From Promethearchaeia archaeon (GTDB lineage Archaea > Asgardarchaeota > Lokiarchaeia > Sigyniarchaeales > SOKP01): a DNA stretch of 12,877 bases. How positions within the stretch are numbered: the first letter of the stretch is position 1; each line of letters opens with the position of its first letter. The translations under genes were made by a program, and so were the position numbers. The notes below the pieces were generated by a model, which saw only the letters and a program-made list of their open reading frames with translations, was not told where the DNA came from and did no database searches. The stretch lies in contig JAWOFX010000049.1 of NCBI GenBank assembly GCA_046497275.1, forward strand, positions 1 to 12,877. The letters run 5' to 3'. Below are positions 6,757-12,877 of the stretch, one piece after another.

Positions 6757-6825
6757 ATACTTCATTTATGGGAAGTTAGTTCAATACTTCACACTTGGAA
6801 GTTTAAATACTTTAGAAAATTAAGT
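6757..6825. promoter_or_regulatory. Three palindromic operator boxes and a bidirectional TATA core
   Basis: ATACTT-N10-AAGT (6757-6776), ATACTT-N9-AAGT (6784-6802) and ATACTT-N9-AAGT (6807-6825). TTTAAATA at 6802-6809 is wedged between boxes 2 and 3. Confidence 0.7.
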
Positions 6826-6865
6826 GTAATAATATTAAACAAAATATAAAATTATGGAGATTTGT

Positions 6866-7015
6866 ATGAGTAAAAAGAAAAAAATAGATCATTGGGAAGA
6901 ATGTGAATGTGATAAACCCGAAATACGTGAAACATTTAAAGAAGGCTGTTCAAGAGAACAAATTATAAAATGCCACGGAAAAGATTATTATGAAAAAGGA
7001 GTTTCTAAAAAATGA
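6866..7015 (+). CDS. 49-aa Cys/His microprotein (not in ORF track): MSKKKKIDHWEECECDKPEIRETFKEGCSREQIIKCHGKDYYEKGVSKK
   Basis: GGAG RBS at 6856-6859 and ATG at 6866. TGA 7013-7015 overlaps the cupin ATG 7012 (ATGA coupling). CxC...GCS..QI..CHG pattern. Confidence 0.85.
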   Translation: MSKKKKIDHWEECECDKPEIRETFKEGCSREQIIKCHGKDYYEKGVSKK

Positions 7016-7320
7016 AAAAGTTTGGAAATTTAATTGATACTGATAAACCATTTGCTGGAAATATAATAAAGGATGATATTCTAACAATTAAAAATGTGAA
7101 AATTTCCATGATAAATATACCTAAGGAACAAGAAATCAAACCTCATCCTGAAGATTATGCGATCCTTTTTTTTATTCTTAAAGGATCTGCTATATTTACA
7201 ACGGGAGATGGCACATATAAAGTTATGAAAAATGAAGCGATTTATCTTGATTTTAATGAAGTAAGAGGCATAAAACCTCTCGAAGATCTAAGATTTATGG
7301 GAATAAAAATTTTAAATTAA
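7012..7320 (+). CDS. Cupin-fold protein (single barrel) with degenerate metal motif
   Basis: ISMINIPKEQEIKPHPEDYAILFFILKGSAIFTTGDGTYKVMKNEAIYLDFNEVRGIKP follows cupin motifs 1 and 2, with H-x-E in place of H-x-H and R in place of the motif-2 His. RBS AAGGAG near 6996. Confidence 0.85.
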   Translation: MKKFGNLIDTDKPFAGNIIKDDILTIKNVKISMINIPKEQEIKPHPEDYAILFFILKGSAIFTTGDGTYKVMKNEAIYLDFNEVRGIKPLEDLRFMGIKILN

Positions 7321-7360
7321 CCAATATACTTAATTCAAATAATTTACTAAGGAGAAGTAA

Positions 7361-8326
7361 TTGATTATGAGTAAATCAGAAATTGCAATTGAAGCCTCAA
7401 ATCTGAGGAAAAGCTTTGGGGATTTAGTTGCGGTTGATAATATTTCTTTTAAAATCTTTAAAGGAGAAATTGTTGGGATTTTAGGTCCAAATGGAGCCGG
7501 AAAAACGACTACAATTCGAATCATAACAGGCTTATTTGAATCTGAAGAAAATACGAGAATTTACATTTTTAATCAAAATTTAAGGAAAAATTTTGAGACA
7601 AATAAATCTAAGTTTGGAATTGTCCCCGAAATAAGTAATGCTTTTAGAGATTTTACAGTTTGGCAGAATTTACTCTTTACAGGAAGAATTTATGGCCTCT
7701 CAAAGCAAGAAATTGAAAGTCGTGCGAAAGTGTTGTTAGATCAATACGATCTTTATGACAGAATTAACACGAAAACAAAATCACTGTCAAAAGGATTACA
7801 ACAAAGGGCAAATTTCTGTTTAGCACTATTACATGATCCTCCTATATTAATTCTTGATGAACCCACAAGTGGATTGGATCCTATATCAGTTTCTATAATG
7901 AGAAAAAGAATTTTACAGATGAAAGAGGAAGGAAAGACTATTTTAATTACAACCCATGACATGCAAGAAGCGCAAAATCTCTGCGATAGAGTGTTGATTA
8001 TGAATAAAGGAAAAATAATAATAGATGCAGATCCCGATACACTCAGGAGAAATTTCAAGCAAAAATCCACTATTCGTTTTCAAATCGTCAATCATATCTC
8101 ACTTAACCAAATACAACAATTAGAAGAAACGTTAAAAATAAAAAAAGAGAAGGGTGGATACTATAGTTTTTTAAGTGATGATCCTCTTCATGATATCTCT
8201 TCATTATCTCATATTATTGAAAATTCGGGTATAGAAGTTAAAAATATCACAATTAAGGAAGTTTCTCTGGAAGATGTATTCATTGATTTAATTAAGAAAA
8301 CAAAAAGGAGAGATAATAATGATTAA
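7361..8326 (+). CDS. ABC-2 (DrrA/NodI-like) exporter ATP-binding subunit 1
   Basis: Walker A GPNGAGKTT, signature LSKGLQQR, Walker B/D-loop ILILDEPTSGLDP, H-loop TTHDM, C-terminal SLEDVFIDL. Start is TTG 7361 or ATG 7367. Confidence 0.95.
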   Translation: MIMSKSEIAIEASNLRKSFGDLVAVDNISFKIFKGEIVGILGPNGAGKTTTIRIITGLFESEENTRIYIFNQNLRKNFETNKSKFGIVPEISNAFRDFTVWQNLLFTGRIYGLSKQEIESRAKVLLDQYDLYDRINTKTKSLSKGLQQRANFCLALLHDPPILILDEPTSGLDPISVSIMRKRILQMKEEGKTILITTHDMQEAQNLCDRVLIMNKGKIIIDADPDTLRRNFKQKSTIRFQIVNHISLNQIQQLEETLKIKKEKGGYYSFLSDDPLHDISSLSHIIENSGIEVKNITIKEVSLEDVFIDLIKKTKRRDNND

Positions 8327-9119
8327 AGAAAAATTGGGCGTCGTATGGGTTCTATGCAAAAAGAATATCTCTTTATATATCAAAAGAGGACCCGTATTAA
8401 TTTTTGGTCTTATGTTTCCGTTCTTTATAACACTCTCGTGGGTAATTGGCAGAGATCTCTCATTTAATCAAATATTTATTGGAATTGTTACTATGACCGC
8501 ATTTTTCACCTCAACAGCGATTAGTCCTGTAATTTTACCACAAGAAACTCGAGAAAAATCATTAGAACGGCAGTTATATTATCCTCTTTCAATTTATCAA
8601 ATTCTTTTAGGGATAGTAATGGCTTCTTTTTTATATTCCACTGTCATAACTCTGATTATTACAACATCTTTTATCTTTATGCTTTCTATCTCATTTTCTT
8701 CAGTACTTCAGATATTCATTCTCATTGTGGGAATCTTTTTAATAACCAGTCTTGGTTCATTATTAGGATTACTCCTTTCTGCTATTCCCAGTGATATGAC
8801 TTCTGATATCATGGTAGTTAGTAATCTTCTTAAATTTCCTTTAGTATTCATCAGTGGCATTTTTATTCCGCTTAATTTGGCTCCCTTCAGCTTATTCGTT
8901 TTATCTCTTTTTTCTCCTCTAACATATTTTACAGATTTAATAAGATTTAGTACCGGCGACAATCCCTTTTTTAATATTGGGCTGGATATACTCATATTGG
9001 TCTTATGGGTAATTGTATTTTTAATAGCTAATGGAATTTTTCATAGAAGAACAATGCCTAAACGATTTTCAGAAAAGAATGGAAGCAAACCAAAATCTAA
9101 GAAAAAAATGAAGGAATAA
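8319..9119 (+). CDS. ABC-2 type permease 1
   Basis: About 6 hydrophobic segments, QETREKSLER (E...G.le-like motif), FPLVFISGIFIP, SPLTYFTDLIR. Overlaps the ATPase stop. Confidence 0.92.
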   Translation: MIKEKLGVVWVLCKKNISLYIKRGPVLIFGLMFPFFITLSWVIGRDLSFNQIFIGIVTMTAFFTSTAISPVILPQETREKSLERQLYYPLSIYQILLGIVMASFLYSTVITLIITTSFIFMLSISFSSVLQIFILIVGIFLITSLGSLLGLLLSAIPSDMTSDIMVVSNLLKFPLVFISGIFIPLNLAPFSLFVLSLFSPLTYFTDLIRFSTGDNPFFNIGLDILILVLWVIVFLIANGIFHRRTMPKRFSEKNGSKPKSKKKMKE

Positions 9120-9205
9120 ATCGTCATTTGAATCAGATGGGTATAATAAACTGCATTCTAATCAAAAGGAAAAAAAATTAAGTTATTATGTTTTAATGAA
9201 AATAA

Positions 9206-10189
9206 GTGAATATGTCCCTGAAAAACGCTGTCAAAGTCTCCAATTTAACAAAATATTATGGAAGTTTACTGGCAGTAAATAATATTAGTTTTAATGTAAA
9301 GCAAGGAGAGATTTTCGGCTTTCTCGGTCCAAATGGAGCAGGTAAGACAACAACAATTAATATGCTCACCAGTATGCTCAAACCTTCATCGGGTACAGCA
9401 GAGCTATTAGGTTATGATATATTACAGCATGCAACCAAGATAAAGAATCTTATTGGGGTGGTGCCAGATGAATCCTTTCTTTATAAAGAAATGAGTGCGT
9501 GGGATAATATTATTTTCAGCGCTAAGCTTCACAATGTTTCTAAGACTCAGAGACAACATTTAGCAAAAAAATTTCTAAAAGACTTTGACTTATTCGAAAG
9601 GCGTAATAGTCGTATTGAAACTTTTTCGAAAGGGATGAAGAAACGAGTAATGCTTTCTACTGCTTTAATCCATGAACCAAGAATACTTTTTTTAGATGAA
9701 CCGACCACTGGTTTAGATGTGAAAAGTTCCAGACAGATTCGACAGATTATTAAGGAATTAAGTAGTAAAGGGACAACAATCTTTCTCACAACTCATTATA
9801 TTGAAGAGGCTGATATTTTATGTGACCGAATTGCGATAATAAAGGACGGCGAAATTGTGATTGTTGAGAGCCCAGAAAAACTAAAACGTCTAACTCGTGG
9901 AGAACAAATCATTGAAATTTCTTTTGATCGTTTCAATGAACAAATACACAAGAAACTTGAGGGTATATCTTCGGAGATGGAAGTGGTTATGATTGATAAT
10001 AAATTTCGATTATTTGTACAAGATCCATCGTTGATCTTAAATGATGTCTTTAACTTTGCGAGAAAAAGCCAATTAACCATAACGTCAATTAATACATTAC
10101 AACCAACCTTAGAAGATGCATTTGTTAAATTGACTGGTTTACAGACTAAAGATATGACAGTTGAAAAGAGAAAGGGGAGTTACCTATAA
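9206..10189 (+). CDS. ABC-2 (DrrA/NodI-like) exporter ATP-binding subunit 2
   Basis: GPNGAGKTT, FSKGMKKR, ILFLDEPTTGLD, TTHYIEEAD, PTLEDAFVKLTG. Start is GTG 9206 or ATG 9212. Confidence 0.95.
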   Translation: MNMSLKNAVKVSNLTKYYGSLLAVNNISFNVKQGEIFGFLGPNGAGKTTTINMLTSMLKPSSGTAELLGYDILQHATKIKNLIGVVPDESFLYKEMSAWDNIIFSAKLHNVSKTQRQHLAKKFLKDFDLFERRNSRIETFSKGMKKRVMLSTALIHEPRILFLDEPTTGLDVKSSRQIRQIIKELSSKGTTIFLTTHYIEEADILCDRIAIIKDGEIVIVESPEKLKRLTRGEQIIEISFDRFNEQIHKKLEGISSEMEVVMIDNKFRLFVQDPSLILNDVFNFARKSQLTITSINTLQPTLEDAFVKLTGLQTKDMTVEKRKGSYL

Positions 10190-10209
10190 GAAGAGAGAGG
10201 AGTAAAGAG

Positions 10210-10959
10210 ATGATTAAAGAAATGGTTGATCATTGGAAGATAAATATAAAAAATGCCCTTTATATTGCGGAAAAAGATGTAAACATATATTTTTTAAAGG
10301 CTCCAAATTTAATATTTGGTCTCTTTTTACCTGTGGTTTTGTATTTTGCATTTGCAATTGGGCGAGCAGTAGAAATAACTATAGCAATCCCGGGTTTAGT
10401 TACAATGGCTATGTTTTTTGGAACAGGCGCAATACAATCTGTTTCTCTCCCCTTAGAACGACGGACAGGAACATTTAAAATGATTCTAAGTGCCCCTCTG
10501 TCTTTATCAACTATAATGATCGGAAAGGTTTTAGCAGGATTCTTTTACGGGCTTCTCCTTTCTTCTATTTATACTGTAATGGTGTTTATACTTGTTCCTA
10601 CCTTCAATTTGTTTATATATATTGTTGCAATTATGTTTTCCTCATTATTATTTTCAGCATTTGGTCTATTGCTGTCTGTTCCTTTCCGTGATATCCCTCA
10701 AGCAATGCCGCCAGCGATTGTCATTAGAATTGCGTTGGTTTTTTTATGCGGTGTTTTTGTCCCCCTGGATACTGTGCCCTTTATTATGCAAGTATTTGCT
10801 TATTTTTTACCGTTGACTTATTCGGTTGATCTATTACGGTGGGCTATAAATGGTGATTTCATATTTACTATACTTTTTGCTAATTTAGGAATACACATAT
10901 TATTCATATTTTTCTTTCTCCTTGTTAGTATTAAATTACTTGAGAAATTAATTCAATGA
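10210..10959 (+). CDS. ABC-2 type permease 2
   Basis: LERRTGTFKMILSAP, VFLCGVFVPLD, PLTYSVDLLR and about 6 transmembrane segments. Confidence 0.93.
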   Translation: MIKEMVDHWKINIKNALYIAEKDVNIYFLKAPNLIFGLFLPVVLYFAFAIGRAVEITIAIPGLVTMAMFFGTGAIQSVSLPLERRTGTFKMILSAPLSLSTIMIGKVLAGFFYGLLLSSIYTVMVFILVPTFNLFIYIVAIMFSSLLFSAFGLLLSVPFRDIPQAMPPAIVIRIALVFLCGVFVPLDTVPFIMQVFAYFLPLTYSVDLLRWAINGDFIFTILFANLGIHILFIFFFLLVSIKLLEKLIQ

Positions 10960-11153
10960 ATGAATACATTTGAATTATAAATGGTAATACATTCATCAAT
11001 ATTCGGAAACTGATTACTGATAAAATCTAACTTGTTTCTTAAATCATTTTACGAGATATCAAATTTCATTAATAAATTATTTCTGAAACATTTTAATAAT
11101 AACCTAATAAAATTTACATCAAAAGGATAAAAAGAGAAAAAGAGGTTCGAAAA

Positions 11154-12605
11154 ATGGAAGACAAATTCAACCTAACCATTCTGCAAATGAATGACAGCCA
11201 CGCTTATTTAGATCTTCATAATGAATATTTTTGGAAAAATGGAGAGGAGATCTACAAAAAAGTTGGTGGATATGGAAGGATTGCCAGTTTTTTCAATAGT
11301 GTGAAAAAGGAAATGGGTTCTAATTCAGTGATCACTTTAGATAATGGAGATACTATTCATGGCACATATCCTGTGGTGAAAAGTAAAGGAAACGTTATGA
11401 TACCGATCTTAAATAAAATGGGATTCGATGCTTGGACGGCTCATTGGGATTTCGCCTATGGTCCAAATTATTTAGTTGAGTTTGCTAAAAAATTAAAATA
11501 CCCACTATTAGCGATAAATGTCTATGATGAATCTACAGATGAATTAATTTTTCCACCATATAAAATAGTAAATAAAAACGGAATTAAAATTGGGCTTATC
11601 GGTATTGCAAACACTACTGTAGATAAGACTATGCCGGATCATTTCAGTAAAGGCGTATATTTAACGATTGGAAAGGAAGAATTGCCAAATACCATTAAAG
11701 AATTACGACAGGAAAAGAATGTTGATTTAGTCGTAGTTTTTGCTCATTTAGGCTTTCCTCAGGAGGTGCATATTGTGAAAGAGGTTGATGGTGTAGATGT
11801 TCTCGTAAGCGGTCATACTCATAATAGACTTTATAAACCGATAAGAGCCAATGATACATTAATCATTCAATCCGGATGTCATGGATCTTTTGTCGGAAGA
11901 TTAGATTTAGACGTTCAAAAGGGTGGGATAACCGACTTTAAGCATGAACTCGTAGTTATAGAGAGCTCTATCCAACCTGATAAAGAGATTCAAGAAATCG
12001 TCGACGAAATAATGAAGCCGCATAGTGAAATGCTTACCGAGGTAGTGGGAGAAACCAAAATAGGGTTAGCAAGAGATAATGTTATGGAAACTACGATGGA
12101 TAATTTACTTTTGAAAACTATGATTCATGTAAGCGGGGCACAAATAGCATTTTCCAATGGTTGGCGTTATGGAGCTGCAGTTCCGCCTGGTAAAATTATG
12201 AAGCAAGATCTATGGAATATCATCCCTGTTAATCCCCCAATATCGGTTTGTGATATCACAGGAAAAGAATTGATGGAAATGATGGAAGCAAATCTAGAAC
12301 ATACTTTCTCAAGGGATCAATTCAATCAAATGGGAGGATATGTAAAACGATGTTATGGAATAAATGTTTACTTTAAAATTGAAAATGCTAACGGATTGAG
12401 AATTCAGGAATTCTTTGTGGGAAATGAAAGATTGCAAGAAGACAAACTCTATAATGCTTGTTTCGTCACCACCCAAGGAATTCCCGCTAAATATGGAAAA
12501 AATCGTAAAGACCTGAATATTCACGCAATCGAGGCCCTAGAAAATTATATTAAAGAAAATAGCCCTATAAACCCAAAAATTGTTGGAACCATTATTCCGG
12601 TCTGA
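11154..12605 (+). CDS. Calcineurin-like metallophosphoesterase / 5'-nucleotidase of the SoxB-like branch, no obvious signal peptide
   Basis: Motifs NDSH, DNGDT, TAHWDF, AHLG, SGHTH, and a C-terminal 5'-nucleotidase-type domain with AFSNGWRYG. RBS GAGGT at 11142-11146. Confidence 0.9.
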   Translation: MEDKFNLTILQMNDSHAYLDLHNEYFWKNGEEIYKKVGGYGRIASFFNSVKKEMGSNSVITLDNGDTIHGTYPVVKSKGNVMIPILNKMGFDAWTAHWDFAYGPNYLVEFAKKLKYPLLAINVYDESTDELIFPPYKIVNKNGIKIGLIGIANTTVDKTMPDHFSKGVYLTIGKEELPNTIKELRQEKNVDLVVVFAHLGFPQEVHIVKEVDGVDVLVSGHTHNRLYKPIRANDTLIIQSGCHGSFVGRLDLDVQKGGITDFKHELVVIESSIQPDKEIQEIVDEIMKPHSEMLTEVVGETKIGLARDNVMETTMDNLLLKTMIHVSGAQIAFSNGWRYGAAVPPGKIMKQDLWNIIPVNPPISVCDITGKELMEMMEANLEHTFSRDQFNQMGGYVKRCYGINVYFKIENANGLRIQEFFVGNERLQEDKLYNACFVTTQGIPAKYGKNRKDLNIHAIEALENYIKENSPINPKIVGTIIPV

Positions 12606-12612
12606 AAAAAAC

Positions 12613-12627
12613 AATTCCTCCGGAATT
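12613..12627 (+). terminator. Small hairpin just after the nucleotidase stop
   Basis: AATTCC-tcc-GGAATT followed by a T-rich stretch. Confidence 0.25.
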
Positions 12628-12816
12628 ACAATTTCATTTTTATCAATCATATCAAAGCAAATGACCTAACAAAAAGTAGAGATCAGATTCCTTTTAAGCA
12701 TAGCAGATATTCTTATACTTAAACTTTCATAATGTTTAAATTAACAAGTTACATATTGATTATTTATCCAATATTTACCAATTAAAAGTAGAATTAAATA
12801 GAAGAGGTCGAATTCT

Positions 12817-12877
12817 ATGGAAGACAAGATAGAAGGTTTCTATAAATTTACTCAGAGAAGGATAGATGAAATAATAC
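12817..12877 (+). CDS. Start of a gene truncated by the window end (MEDKIEGFYKFTQRRIDEII...)
   Basis: RBS GAGGT near 12804-12808, ATG at 12817, open to the end of the window. Confidence 0.65.
   Translation, partial: MEDKIEGFYKFTQRRIDEII

Noticed and set aside
6283-6849. Plus-strand ORFs 6283..6477 and 6592..6849
   Set aside because: Antisense shadows of the HxlR gene.
7013-7033. Selenocysteine readthrough of the microprotein's TGA
   Set aside because: The TGA is explained by ATGA coupling to the cupin, and readthrough adds only a few residues before TAA.
7330-12524. Short alternative-frame or antisense ORFs inside the ABC and nucleotidase genes (7330, 7753, 8708, 9547, 9796, 10233, 10592, 12309)
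   Set aside because: They fully overlap well-supported genes; antisense ORFs opposite ABC ATPases are a common artefact.
12817-12877. Resemblance of IEGFYKFT to the class II HMG-CoA reductase N-terminus (GFYKL..EER)
   Set aside because: Only 20 residues are visible and the EER part does not match.
1-12877. CRISPR array, transposase, integrase, rRNA or tRNA
   Set aside because: No regularly spaced repeats and no recognisable motifs for these were found.

Overview
Very AT-rich (about 30% GC by eye) archaeal DNA. GGAGGTG/GAGGT ribosome-binding sites, TTTAWATA TATA boxes, a DUF217-type VapB and a DUF234-type ATPase suggest an archaeon, probably Asgard/Lokiarchaeia (inference). The left part holds the 3' end of a HEAT-like helical protein ending in a possible HbYX motif (-FYY). 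It is followed by an unannotated ~131-nt structured element with its own TATA box, an unannotated 45-aa zinc-ribbon protein, a TPR protein, and a JAB/MPN protein with a probable non-ATG start and a remodelled JAMM site. The middle holds a vapBC toxin-antitoxin pair and an ATPase-wHTH-PD-(D/E)xK gene with a tandem/inverted repeat over its promoter. On the right, an HxlR-family regulator is divergent from a gene run encoding an unannotated 49-aa Cys/His microprotein, a cupin and two ABC-2 ATPase/permease pairs, with three ACTT-N9/10-AAGT boxes between them. A SoxB-like metallophosphatase/5'-nucleotidase and the start of another gene end the window. All family calls come from motif recognition by eye; no database searches were run.
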